Both the position numbers and the translations under genes were made by a program. DNA of 63,970 nt, the filler included, from Octopus bimaculoides (Eukaryota): the NCBI RefSeq assembly GCF_001194135.2. It is 4 parts of 4 records of this genome, joined end to end, with 100 filler letters (N's around TTAATTAATTAA, not from the genome) between each part and the next. Parts side by side here need not be neighbours in the genome. Positions count along the whole stretch, not along the records: positions 1 to 19,885 come from NC_068985.1; 3 more parts are not named here. The stretch is one strand, 5' to 3'. The notes below the pieces were generated by a model. That model ran no database searches. It saw only the letters and a list, made by a program, of their open reading frames with translations, and was not told the DNA's origin. Shown here one piece after another: positions 1 through 13,512 of this stretch. How positions within the stretch are numbered: position 1 is the first letter of the stretch; every line of letters begins with the position of its first letter.

Positions 1-56
<56 letters not shown>

Positions 57-343
57 TTCTCTCTATCTATCTATCTCCTTTCAAACCTCTCCGCCATTTG
101 CTTTCGCTCTCCAACACATACACGCACACAAACACACGCTACGACATTGCGTACAAGGTGTGTTTGTGTGTGTGCAATAAACATACGTACATATAAAAGC
201 ACACGTAAGCATATACTATGATATCGACATGTTTATATACGTCATACATGTATGTAATTTTCTTGATATCTTCGTGTATGTAGTCAGACAGACAGACAGG
301 CAGATAAGAGGGAGAGACAGAGACAGAGACAGACATACATGCA

Positions 344-375
<32 letters not shown>

Positions 376-729
376 TGTGTATTTAAAGTCGTTAGAGCAT
401 CAAATTGAATGTATTGTGCTAATCGTTACGGCTCTCTGCGTTGTAAGTTCAAATCCCGCCAAGATCAGCTTTACCGTTCATCCTTATAGGGTGGAGAAAA
501 CTGGGTACCAGTCCTGTACTGAGATCGAGGGATCCATTCTTCTCTTCTCTAATTCCTTCTGTCTGTCTGTCAGTCAGTCTGTCAGTCAGTCTGTCTGTCT
601 GTTTGCCTGTCTATTTCTCTCCTTCTGAAACAAGACGATGAATTGGCTCCGCTTGTTGCTATAATGTCCAAGACACTTCGTTTGTCCCGACGGCGCCACA
701 CCACCGCAATGAGTTAAGACCCAATGATA

Positions 730-773
<44 letters not shown>

Positions 774-807
774 GCACGCACACGCACGCACACATACTCA
801 CTCTCTT

Positions 808-841
<34 letters not shown>

Positions 842-1001
842 TAACTCACTCACACATACACACACAAACCGCATGGAGTGGTGGTCCCAGGAAAGCATTC
901 TGGAATGGGCCCTCGATTTTGAAGGAAACTGCTCTCACTGGTTAGAGGATACCAGTGAAGAATTACCGTTCTCTCGTTCTTTTTAGTATTTAGTAAGTAC
1001 A

Positions 1002-1037
<36 letters not shown>

Positions 1038-1742
1038 ATTACAATATCTTATCCGTAAGCTGTGTATATTTAGCACTGATTAAAATGTTTCGTAAGTAGT
1101 TTGACATGAGGCATACATACATTTCTCAATTGCCCTGGGCCTATTGCTTTGCTTTGCTCGGGTCTGCTGTATGTGTGTGGCGATGTGGAGATGACGCTGA
1201 AGATGCATGTGTGTGTGTATGCATGCATGTACACACACACGCACAGAAAAAGAGAGACAGACAGGCATGCAGGCTGGCAAGCAGGCAAACAGACAGAAGC
1301 TTTGATTACACCAACTTCAGACAATGTGCACATTGATATGTAATTGAAATAGTAAGCTACGCAAGCTGTGTTTAGTTCCAGGTCATCTCCGATCAAGCAG
1401 CCGTGACCATCATTATTTTGTTTTATTATAGGGATATTTGCTGCTATGTTTAGCAAAAGACACTGCCTTGTAGGTGTTACGTCATTAACTCACATGTCAC
1501 TGAGACACAAGTTATTGTTGTTGTTGTTGTTGTTTAGTTTCTAGTCAGCCTTGATGGAACAGACCTATGATCAAAGGCGTTCCAGCCGTGATCATCACCT
1601 CCCTCTCTGTACATATATACCAAGGACTGAAGAATCCAGTGTGTTATTTCTATCTTGTAAGACTGGAGATTTGGTGCAAGATTTGGTGATTACTTCTATA
1701 AGGCACAAAGATCACTCGAGACTTGCTTTGATATATGCTGTA

Positions 1743-2075
1743 GGCGTGGCTGTTTGGTAAGAAGCTTGCTTACTAACCACAAGGTTCCGGGTTCAGTCCC
1801 ACTGCGTGGCACCTTCGGCAAGTATCTTCTACTATAGTCTCGGGCCGGCCAAAGCCTATAAGGCGGAGAGCTGGCAGAAACGTTAGCACGTCGGGCGAAA
1901 TGCTTAGCGGTATTTCGTCTGTCTTTACGTTCTGAGTTCAAACTCCGCCGAGGTCGACTTTGCCTTTCATCCTTTCGGGGTCGATAAATTGAGTACCAGC
2001 TGCGTACTGGGGGCGATCTAATCGACTGGCTCCCTCCCGAAAAATTTCGGCCTTGTTCTTGGAGTAGAAAAGGAT
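1743..2075 (+). mobile_element. Head of tRNA-derived SINE family A fused to a copy of SINE family B
   Basis: 1743-1856 matches the family A head at 60082. 1861-2075 matches the family B body at 5559, including ctttcatcctttcggggtcgataaa, which resembles the Meta/MESC-type central domain (from memory). Confidence 0.8.
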
Positions 2076-4617
2076 ATATGCTGGCTTTTGTTGTTGGTGT
2101 GGCCAAGGTCGATTTTGATGATGTAGACATATGGTTCCAGCTGTGACCATCCTACCTTTTTTATGCAGAATGGACCTACATTATTCAAAGTGTTCAATTA
2201 TCCTTTTTTAAGAGGGTAGGTTGGGATTTGAGTATGTTGTAGCTATTTCCAGCAGGTCGAGCAACTACGCAAAGCTTCCCTCTCTGGCTTTTTGAAGTTG
2301 TTGTTGTTTAACCACAACTCGATGCTAATCTATCAGATCAATGATTAAAAGCATTCCAGCCCGTGACTATCCCGTCGGAGGATGTAGCAGCTAACATAAT
2401 CACTTTTCTACTATTATTTTTTATCCCTTTTTTCTTTTTTTTTCTTTTTCATTTCAAATCTGTCCCTAAACATCCAAAAGCCTCCTCTTTCATTACCTCT
2501 CTCTTTTACTCTGTGTCTCCCTCCCTCCCCTATCTTTTTGTCTATCTCTTTCTTTCTCTCCCTCCCTCCCCTTTCTTTCTCTCTATCTGTCTCCTTCCCT
2601 TCACCTTTCTCTTTATCTGTCTCCGTCCCTCTCTTTCTATCACTTTCTCCCCCTCCCTCCTATCTCTCCCTCCCTTCTCTCTCTCCCTCTCTCTTTCCCC
2701 TCTATCTCGTGAGTGCGCACTCACACTTATCCATACAATCGAAGAAACAAACACTGAGATATTCACACACACATACGTACACTCATACTTACAGTTACAT
2801 ACACATGCATACACATGCACATACCTCCACAATGCATGCACACACACACACATACACACACACACAAGACGCAAATAACAGGCATCTATACATTTACTTA
2901 AGCACACTCGCACATAAACATTTACATATAACTACACACAATCCCCCTCCCCCATACACACACACATAACCTCGTGCATATGGACACGCCTACCTCTATA
3001 TATACACATACACACACACAGATCCGCCTACATTGGCCCTGCTTGTTTATCAAATCTCAACAGCACGGACACACAGACACAAGTTCAAGCCTTTCTCACA
3101 GTCACCTTATCAACACGGCGCCTCCTANNNNNNNNNNNNNNNNNNNNNNNNNNNNNNNNNNNNNNNNNNNNNNNNNNNNNNNNNNNNNNNNNNNNNNNNN
3201 NNNNNNNNNNNNNNNNNNNNNNNNNNNNNNNNNNNNNNNNNNNNNNNNNNNNNNNNNNNNNNNNNNNNNNNNNNNNNNNNNNNNNNNNNNNNNNNNNNNN
3301 NNNNNNNNNNNNNNNNNNNNNNNNNNNNNNNNNNNNNNNNNNNNNNNNNNNNNNNNNNNNNNNNNNNNNNNNGACGACGACGACGACGACGACGACGACG
3401 ATGATGATGATGATGATTAACATCACCGTTATTGTCCTTACCACCACCACCACCACCACCACCACAAATGAAAAGAACGAAAACAAAGATGACACATTGA
3501 CGTGATATATTTAATTGATGGCAGACGATCAGGAAACGGACGACGATGACGACTATGACGACAACGATGAACAAACATCATGTAACATTCAACCTATTAC
3601 GTACACTTACGTATTACACAACACACGCATACACACAGACATGCTACACGATGCAAAATACGAATGCACATAGGCAACACACGCGCATGCACACCAACAT
3701 ACACTCACACACATGCATGCACCGTACACTTCCTGAGCGTCTCAATGAGGAAAATTGCAGTTAAACTGTTTGAAACAACAGTCACATCTCCCTCAAGTCA
3801 TACCCTACTCTCTCACAAATAAGGAACGAATGAATTGGGTTCGCATGTTTATGGTTAAGGATATAACGTTAAAAAAATTAAGAAGAGCAATTCATGCTCG
3901 ACATACTAGAAACAGCAGCTTAAATCTCCCTCAGATCACAACTTTTATACAAGTTTAAGGAAANNNNNNNNNNNNNNNNNNNNNNNNNNNNNNNNNNNNN
4001 NNNNNNNNNNNNNNNNNNNNNNNNNNNNNNNNNNNNNNNNNNNNNNNNNNNNNNNNNNNNNNNNNNNNNNNNNNNNNNNNNNNNNNNNNNNNNNNNNNNN
4101 NNNNNNNNNNNNNNNNNNNNNNNNNNNNNNNNNNNNNNNNNNNNNNNNNNNNNNNNNNNNNNNNNNNNNNNNNNNNNNNNNNNNNNNNNNNNNNNNNNNN
4201 NNNNNNNNNNNNNNNNNNNNNNNNNNNNNNNNNNNNNNNNNNNNNNNNNNNNNNNNNNNNNNNNNNNNNNNNNNNNNNNNNNNNNNNNNNNNNNNNNNNN
4301 NNNNNNNNNNNNNNNNNNNNNNNNNNNNNNNNNNNNNNNNNNNNNNNNNNNNNNNNNNNNNNNNNNNNNNNNNNNNNNNNNNNNNNNNNNNNNNNNNNNN
4401 NNNNNNNNNNNNNNNNNNNNNNNNNNNNNNNNNNNNNNNNNNNNNNNNNNNNNNNNNNNNNNNNNNNNNNNNNNNNNNNNNNNNNNNNNNNNNNNNNNNN
4501 NNNNNNNNNNNNNNNNNNNNNNNNNNNNNNNNNNNNNNNNNNNNNNNNNNNNNNNNNNNNNNNNNNNNNNNNNNNNNNNNNNNNNNNNNNNNNNNNNNNN
4601 NNNNNNNNNNNNNNNNN

Positions 4618-4664
<47 letters not shown>

Positions 4665-4665
<1 letters not shown>

Positions 4666-4818
4666 GATCGGCTTCTTTCAGTTTCCGTCTACCAAATCCA
4701 CTAGCAAGGTTTTAGTCAGTCCGAGGCTATAGTAAAAGACACTTGTCCAACATACCACGCAATGGGACTGAACCTGGAACCATATGGTTGTGAAGCAAGC
4801 TTCTTACAACACAGCCCA
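4665..4818 (-). mobile_element. SINE family A, 5' half
   Basis: Reverse complement of the 5' ~150 nt of the 60082 copy. Confidence 0.8.
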
Positions 4819-5205
4819 TGACTGTTTGTTTGTTTTTTTGTCTTTCTTTTTTCCTTTTTTGCTTTTTAAGTCTTTTTTAAAATTTTTTACTTTGATCTTT
4901 TTCGTTGTTTTGTTTATTGCTTTGTCTTCCAGAGCTGACACGAGGCGAAACAACTGTCATTTGTTTCCTTTATCGTCCATTTTTGGTTGCATGTTTATTT
5001 GAATGTTGGGTTTTTGGCCAAATACTTCTTATCCAGATCGTTCTGTTTGTTAAGCTACCATCCACTCCAGGAAAAAAATAAATCACTTAGCTAATACCAT
5101 ATTTTACTGTATTTTGCAGTAATTGTCTGTGGGGAGGCGGGGAGATGTTGCGGAGGCAAGGAAATGTCTAGCACTGCACGTGCACAGCTTATACGCCGAG
5201 GAAAA

Positions 5206-5240
<35 letters not shown>

Positions 5241-5558
5241 TGGGGTGGGAAAGACAAACACAGACACAAAGACACACACAAACACAGACACGCAAACACA
5301 CGCGCGCGAACTCACATACACACTTAGACACCCTACACATACACACACACGTATACATACATGCATGCATGCATACATACATACATACATACATGCATGC
5401 ATACATACATACATACATACAGACAGACAGACATAGATACATACCTACATACATACATACATACATACATACATACATACATGCACGCATACATACATAC
5501 GCAAGCATACACATACACGTATAGACAGCATGGACGTACATACACATGGGCAAAGTAT

Positions 5559-5791
5559 AAGGCGGCTAGCTGGCAGAAACGTTAGCACGCCGGGCGAAAT
5601 GCTTAGCGGTATTTCGTCTGCCGCTACGTTCTGAGTTCAAATTCCGCCGAGGTCGACTTTGCCTTTCATCCTTTCGGGGTCGATTAAATAAGTACCAGTT
5701 ACGCACTGGGGTTGGTATAATCGACTTAATCCGTTTGTCTGTCCTTGTTTGTCCCCTCTGTGTGTAGCCCCTTGTGGGTAGTAAAGAAATA
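5559..5791 (+). mobile_element. Full-length, young SINE family B
   Basis: Flanked by a perfect 17-bp target-site duplication acacatgggcaaagtat (5542-5558 and 5792-5808). Pol III B-box-like gagttcaaattcc. Confidence 0.92.
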
Positions 5792-6639
5792 ACACATGGG
5801 CAAAGTATGGTTCAACTTGGGATCGATCTTGAGCAGAGAACGCTGACCCTTAATTCATATTCTACAAATGGACACAATATCTGGGGCAATAAAAATCTGC
5901 AAGGCCGTCTTAAGATTTAAAGGATGATAAACAAATCGTTTTCTTCCACAACCTTGCTACCAAGTAACTGGCTGGTCAAAATTTTACTCTAAATCAAAAA
6001 GAGAACGAAGAGCATACGTACATACATACATACATACATACATACATACTGAACAAACGTCTCTGTGTAAAGATGAAAGACGACCAAGTCCTCTTATTTA
6101 CAACTGATTCATTCATTTATTTATTAATACGAAGATAAAATTGTTTTATTTATGTTATTCTTAAGAAGATTACTAAGCAACACGCCTAATAATCAAAGAT
6201 ACCCTTACACACACCCATACACGCACACATATATATATAAAGGAACTAGATAAACGGACAGGTAAAGAGATGTGTTTACGTGCGCAAATACAATCATACA
6301 CACATGCACGCAAGCCGTCGTCATCTTCTATATAACCATACAAGAGAACCAAATATAGGGATATGTTCACGAACATAAGTCAAATCATATTCACACACTA
6401 TGGTATGACGCAAGCATATATACTTAATTGCACATACATACATACATACATACATGCATACATACATACATACATACGAACATGCATACATACATACATA
6501 CATAAATATATACCTACATACATACATACATACATACATACATACATACATACATACATACATGCATGCATGCATAAAATGCATGCAGGCATATAATTGC
6601 TTTATCTTGTCAGATGAAAGCCATTTGATGAGACATGTG

Positions 6640-7190
6640 TATATCATTCGATTATCGTGACATACGCCTGTACGACACGTGTGTCACTCGCTGCGTATCC
6701 ATAGTTAAATATCCGGTATTAAGCAAGTGCAAGATGACCAGTAAAAATCTATATCAGAACATATCGCCTAGGCTTTTCCAGTTAAAGAAATCCCACAAGT
6801 CAGACAGAAGGGGTTTGTTTTGAGCGTTTTCGTTCTCCACGTAGCTTCACTGAGTGCCCAAATACAACCCAGCTTATTTTCTCCCACGCGAGCATTTATC
6901 TCTCCATGAGATGAATTACTCGTGCCTGACACCAACCTTATATTCGTCTCTGCAGTACACGCTATGATTGCGGTTTGACGAGGGTGATTTTTAGATTACC
7001 ATCATCCATATTCTGTTATGCGCTTTGACGAGTCTTCTTTTGTCCTGCTGAGTTCCTGACAACCCTTCCCATCTGGTTTAATCACTGATAACCCGATTAT
7101 GCACTGAGTTAACATTACCTGTACGTGTAACCCAGTGCTTACACATTACACATTGATGGTCACAAGCGAGAGGTCATCAAGTACACAGGC
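6640..7190 (-). mobile_element. Old RTE-clade LINE reverse-transcriptase fragment
   Basis: A minus frame reads GEINARVGENKLGCIWALSEATWRTKTL, like the RTE EINARIxKAxxAFGxL...W motif. Many stops and frameshifts. Confidence 0.5.
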
Positions 7191-7964
7191 GACAACGCAT
7201 TTACCCATAAATATATATACATACATGAACACGCATAAATACATGTGTAACAGTTAAGAGAAGGCTTGTTTTATGTTTATGAGCATAATTCATTGCTTCA
7301 TTAATATAGATGTTCATGCAATACAAGAAAAGGAATATTCAGATAAAACAACGTATATGACAAGTGCAGAAAGTCCTCATTAGAAATTGAATATTTGAGC
7401 TAATTCTTACACATCTATTCATATTCTTGTTGCCGTAGTGAATCTTCTTCAAATGTTCCAGGTTGAATATGTTGCTGTGAAAACAGCTGTGTGTGAAGAG
7501 TGAACGTCAAAGGAACCGAACCACTCTGAAGTGTTGGCGCTCAATTGAGCTGTATTCGTAGGCTCTGTTCAGAGGAGGTTCTAGTGATGCCACCAGACTA
7601 TCACCTTAACAACAGTATTTGCACACATGATCAAACTGTGATTTCTATTTGACAAAATGTGGGATCGAATCCAATTGTTATACATGCATAGATACACGTG
7701 CATCCGATCATAAAGAGCAATGAATCAATGCACGCTCATGTACTAAAAAGCCATGCACGCCCATTGCATGGGTGCAGATGTATTCACACATGTACCTAAT
7801 ATACATTTTAACTCGCTCCCAAGAGCCTTGTCACTTTGTTCATCGCCCGCTTGGTATTCGGTGGAGAACTTAAGTAGATTTCAAAGAAAAACATACATGG
7901 GTACAAACTTACATATATTTTGTCTGTAGGTCTATCGACACCGCTATCCTTCTGTATTTATTAT

Positions 7965-8155
7965 TAATTCAAATGTTGACACAAAGCCAGCAAGTTCGGG
8001 TGAGTGGGTAAGTCGGTTACATCGACCCCAGTGCTCAACTAGTACTTATCTAATAGACCTCGGCAGAATTTGCACTTAGAACGTAAAGACAGACGAACTG
8101 TCGCTAAGCATTTAACCCGGCGTGGTAACGATTTTGTCAGCTCGCTACCTTATCT
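7965..8155 (-). mobile_element. Degenerate SINE family B
   Basis: Reverse-complement similarity to 5559-5791 (gacctcggcagaatttgcacttagaacgtaaagacagacgaa). Confidence 0.7.
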
Positions 8156-8550
8156 GTATGTATTGTTGATAATTAAAAGTATTGATAAGAATTTTCTAAT
8201 TTGGGCACATGGCCAACAGTTTTGAGGGGCGGAGTAAGTCGATAGTAACAGCCACAGTTCTTGACTCCTCTATTTTTTTTATTGATCTCTGGAAAACAGA
8301 AGTCGAAGTTGACCGACCGGAGTTTTCCAACGTAAAGAGCCGAAGAAACCCCTCTATGAACTTCGTCCCACGCTCTAATGATTCTCACACAACCTAGAGC
8401 CACAACCCTATATATGATCCATAAAATGTCCTTTCGGTTGCCAGAAACAACAGCTACATCACCTTTAAATTACACGCAACTGTTTTAGAGAAGAACACGT
8501 TGTATATTGTCTTCCAAGATTCCTTGCACAGAGTGGGGGAAAGACAAGAC

Positions 8551-8608
8551 AGTTCTCATTGAGCAGACCCAGTGAAATGCCTTTCACTGGGTCTGCTCAA
8601 TGAGAACT
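8551..8608. repeat. Perfect inverted repeat, 27-bp arms, 4-nt loop
   Basis: agttctcattgagcagacccagtgaaa-tgcc-tttcactgggtctgctcaatgagaact. Confidence 0.97.
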
Positions 8609-9676
8609 ATCCTGGGACTAAAGAGCAACAACAACAACAACAACAACCATACACGAGCTAACAGCTGATCTTCTTATCTGGTAACTCGACCAGCTGGAAA
8701 CAGATGTCAAATCTCCTCTCAAATCACAGATTCTAAATGACTGAAATCAGTCAAATGAATTAAAGAATGTATTCTTTTGTTCATTTGACTGAAATGGATT
8801 TTCGGATTGACCTTATTGCAATTTCTCAAAGTTTTTGATTACAGGCTGGTGGCAACTCGATACTCTATTGAATTTTTATAATGGCCAACAGGAATCCCTG
8901 CTGTTTGCCTTCTTACTTTCCGTGTGATTTGAAACCGGAATTTCGCTAACTTGAGTCACACAATGAACTCGGCATTCAGATTACCCAGGCTAGTTGTGAC
9001 ACCTAACACTCTGTCCCGCCTTATAGGTTATTCCTTGAGCAATGTGTAGGGGAGGAGTGTACGTTTCTGAGTATGAGTGTGTATAAGCGTGTTTTTGTGT
9101 GAGTGTGAAGTTAAATTTGTATGAACATGAATGTATCTATTATTATCTGTACGTAAGTGTGTGTGTGTGTGAGTGAGTTTTTGTTAGTGTGCAAGAAAGT
9201 TCATACGATCGAGTATTTCTATGTTAGTAAATGTGTTTGTGTGTGTGTGTTAATGTATGAGTGTGCTTGGAAGTTTACTTTAGTGTGTATGCGTATGCTT
9301 TTATGTGTGGGGGAGAGGTGCGCACGTATATACACAAGCATTTTGTGGTTGTTTAGTCAGAGAAACATTCCCACCGCATGGGAGATGCAAGGGGATCATT
9401 TAACATGCTAGACATAGCAGCCAAATATTCATTAAACCACACTTAGCTATCCCAAAGAGAGAAGAGGAAAGACACATTGGATACAGCAATACTTATGCTG
9501 GGAATATTTGGCTGTTATTACTAGCCGCTCGAGCGACCATGAAGTGGTTTTTCTCTCTGGTTTTATGAAGACACGGGTTGTTGAAAACATCTTGTATCTA
9601 TAATATGGCCGTTAACGGGTTTTTCAAATTGCCAGAAAGAGCAAGCAACAGTGGTTATACATAATACACTAACAGC

Positions 9677-10046
9677 CATGGATCCCAACCACCGGACCGC
9701 GGATCATGTAGTACCGGGCCGCACAGAAAGCATAAATTTTAAAATATTATTTCTATTTTATTGACTATCCCAGTCAACGAGGCATGTTTGCATTATGTAT
9801 GTATTATATATACACATAACAAGCATGACGGAGGTCAGATTAGTTGAAAACACCTAACAAAAAAACCTAACATTAGCAATTTTATTTAGTGAAATTAGCG
9901 CTCAACGTACAAACTTGTTTTGTATAATTATGTAGATAATTAAATTATATGTATTGTTTTGTTATGCATCTGACTCCCCCGATCCGTGAAAAGAACCGTC
10001 TTGCATAAAACCTGTCCGTAGTGCAGAAAAAGGTTGATGACCGATG
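9677..10046 (+). mobile_element. hAT (Charlie-like) non-autonomous element
   Basis: Degenerate ends catggatcccaacc...ggttgatgaccgatg with typical ccggaccgcgg and ccgtagtgcagaaaaagg subterminal motifs. Internal sequence recurs at 20656-20740. No clear TSD. Confidence 0.6.
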
Positions 10047-10547
10047 CCATATTCAACCAATATTTTAGCCAACGAAGCAACCATCGTTCGGACTTACGAA
10101 AAAAAAGATGGCAGCCGAACTTTCCCTCAAATCTCACCCGACCACCTTAAAAAACGAGGATGATGAAGGTGGTGGCGATGGTAGTGATAATGATGATGGT
10201 GGTGGTGGTGTTGATAATTACGATGATGATGATATTAATGACTATGTTTATTACCATACTGTTGGCGACCATGATGATGTAACGCGGCCAAAATATTGTG
10301 TGAAATGTTATAAATAGAAAACTTGTTCAGAAAATAAATCTCCTTTTTGGCACTGAAAGTTGTATTGGTTGTGTGAGGTGGTGAGGGTTGGAGTTGTGGT
10401 GGGGGGTTGGAGTTGTGGTGGGGGTGGTATTCGTGGTGATGAGGATTAATGGCAGTGGTGGTAGTTTTGGTGGAGGTTGTGTCAATAATGAGAGTTGATA
10501 ACGATGACAGCATTAACAATGAGATAGGGATTATGATGGTGATAGTG

Positions 10548-10611
<64 letters not shown>

Positions 10612-11449
10612 CAGCAGCAGCAGCAATAGTAATAGTACGTTGGATAGTGGTGTGAAGAATATTGATGGTGAGGTGGTATTGAATGTGTGTGAAGTGGTTT
10701 ATGATGCTTCAATATCAATGCTGTTGCTAGTTTAGCCACAGGCCGGTCCTCATTGAGTAGAAAGACAGATATTTAAAACGATATGTCCACCCACACCTAT
10801 TTTTTAAGACAGGTGGGTATGATTTGAGAGCATTTGGCTGTTACTTCTAGTATATTGAACCACTATTTAAAGGTCCCTTGGCGGCCCTTGTTAATAATGA
10901 AGAAAATGACAACGTTATTGATGACGGTCATAATGAATGAATATTGAGACTGGCCAGTGTTAGAGATTAGCTTCAATGAGAATAGCATAGGTTTATGACG
11001 ACGACGGCGGCGGTGGCGGTAGTGGTGGTGGTGGTGGTGGCGACGATGACAATGATGATGATGACGTTGTGCGCCAGAACTGATGATGCGGATGTAAATC
11101 GATAAATCCTATAGGTTACAGTGATACTAAGTGTATATTGGTGAATTTGGCAAAGAATTTGATTAGAACCATTTTCCCTCGGGTATTAGTTTCAGGTGAC
11201 TAATGATAAATAGCCAAGACACCCGTCATCAATTTTCACCTGTCGCCAGCTTTTACTTTTTCTACTCCTGATATTGATGTAATGTGTATGATTATAGTGG
11301 GGAAAAACATACTAAGACAAGAATGCAAATCCTTAGTCTGTCTGCCTGTCTGATTGTCTGTCAATCCGTTAGGTTTCCTGTCTATCTTTAAGCTGCTGTT
11401 TGACGGTCTGTCAAACACGAGAAGCACTATCATTTTGGTTATTTATGAA

Positions 11450-11690
11450 ACACTAGAATTATCCATCAAACATTAAGATTATCTATCAAATTTTAAGATT
11501 ATCCATCAGACATTAGGATTATTCACCAAACATTAAGATGATGCGTCAAACATTATGATTATTCACCAAATAAAAAGATTATCCATAAAATATTTAGAGT
11601 ACCCATCGAACATTAGAATTATTCATCAAATATTAAGATTATCTATCGAACACTAGGATTATCTATCAAACATTAGGGTTGTCCACCAAA
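11450..11690. repeat. Degenerate 20-bp minisatellite, about 12 units
   Basis: Units such as attatccatcaaacattaag, attatctatcaaattttaag and attatccatcagacattagg at an exact 20-nt period. Confidence 0.9.
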
Positions 11691-12335
11691 TACTGGGAAT
11701 TATCAAACAAAAACTGTTATCTATCAATTGTTATCACTTAACACTACTATTATCTATCAAACACGTGGTGCCCATCCAACAGTTGAGGTATCTCTTAAAG
11801 ATTAAGATTAGCTGTCAGCGTGGCTTTTCAAACAGAACTTATTCTAGTTACACAATGTCTGAAAGAAGACGACAAAGATATAACTAGAAAGCCTTGGATA
11901 CAACAACGACAACAACAACAACATGGCATTTAATAGGTACTATAGTCCATACTAAAAGCTCTGGTTAGCTATCAAACACTAGGATTATCTGTCAAACATT
12001 AGAATTGTTCCTGAAGCACTAGGAGTTAACAAACAAGAACTGTTATTTATCAATTGTTATTATTTAACACTATTATTATTTATCGAACACCAGAATTGTC
12101 TATCAAACACAAAGAGTCTATTCAACAGTTGAGACTAAGATTATCTATCAGCGTTGTTTTACAAACGAAATTTACCCTTGTTACACCATGTTTGAAAGAA
12201 GACGACATAGATATGACCTGAAAGTCTTGGTTATAACAACACTGACAGCGACGACCACGACGACGACGACGACAACAACAACATGGCGTTTAGTAGGTAC
12301 TAGAGTACATATGAAAACCCCAGGTTAGCTATCAA
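11640..12335. repeat. Diverged tandem duplication, period about 360 bp
   Basis: Shared blocks such as tgaaagaagacgaca, caacaacaacatggc and ggttagctatcaaa recur about 330-360 nt apart. Confidence 0.85.
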
Positions 12336-12981
12336 ATATCAGATGCATCTTCTAATTCATGTGCCGATTGACAAGAGACGAAGGTGAAAAGAATTGGAGG
12401 CTGAAGTGTTGGTTTGAGTCAGTAAAAACAGTTAATTAAATTCGTAAAGATACTTTCGTGTTGTTCCGTGAGAAGAACTGGGACTTCATTACAAGTTTCA
12501 GTTATAATTATGGATTGCCCAGAGGATATATTTGCCAGTAATGTGACAAATAAGCGAATTCAAAAGCCGGTGTTCGGTTGCACGTCAACTGTAGTAGAAT
12601 ATTACTACGTGTATACACACGCACGCGCGCGCGCAAACACCTACACGCACACTGGCAGAGGTAAGAAATGTAAAACCACAAGATACAAACCAAACTTGAT
12701 GTCATTATAAACATCGGTGTATATAATGGAAAGAGTGCATAACATTGAAAATAGTACTATTATAGAAAAGTGTTAAACTCGAGAACCATGCAAAAGACGT
12801 GCGTTTCTTAGAAATTGGTAGAAAAACGAATATCGAAGCCAATTATTTATTATACTACGCTTCATAAATATCTCCACTTATCTGTCTAATAATCTATCTT
12901 TCTCAATGTCTATATTTATCAACCTATTTAAATATCCATATTTATTAAATCAACTATCTCTATATCTATCAATTGTTACAT

Positions 12982-13033
<52 letters not shown>

Positions 13034-13464
13034 NNNNNNNNNNNNNNNNNNNNNNNNNNNNNNNNNNNNNNNNNNNNNNNNNNNNNNNNNNNNNNNNNNN
13101 NNNNNNNNNNNNNNNNNNNNNNNNNNNNNNNNNNNNNNNNNNNNNNNNNNNNNNNNNNNNNNNNNNNNNNNNNNNNNNNNNNNNNNNNNNNNNNNNNNNN
13201 NNNNNNNNNNNNNNNNNNNNNNNNNNNNNNNNNNNNNNNNNNNNNNNNNNNNNNNNNNNNNNNNNNNNNNNNNNNNNNNNNNNNNNNNNNNNNNNNNNNN
13301 NNNNNNNNNNNNNNNNNNNNNNNNNNNNNNNNNNNNNNNNNNNNNNNNNNNNNNNNNNNNNNNNTGTGTTCGTGTGTGTGTGTGTGTGTGTGTGTGTTAA
13401 ATAAAATGAGACAACAAAGCCAAGGCCGTGTGAAATTTTCAGGACATTTATAAAGAGAAACTTA

Positions 13465-13512
13465 GTCTTACAGCTGTTTCTGGGATATTAGGGATATCCC
13501 TTCATCAGAGAC
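13465..13512 (-). ncRNA. Minimal type I hammerhead-like motif, probably in a Penelope-like element end
   Basis: RNA GUCU-CUGAUGA-A-GGGAUAU-CCCUA-AUAUCCC-A-GAAA-C-AGCU-G-UA^AGAC. 4-bp stem I, 7-bp stem II, palindromic AGCU loop, GUA triplet. An extra A on each side of stem II. Confidence 0.65.

Noticed and set aside
4920-5200. Strong plus-strand pyrimidine tract/AG at 4932 and a GC-box-like ggggaggcgggg near 5131
   Set aside because: No recognisable product, no partner exons, and such short motifs are expected by chance in 64 kb.
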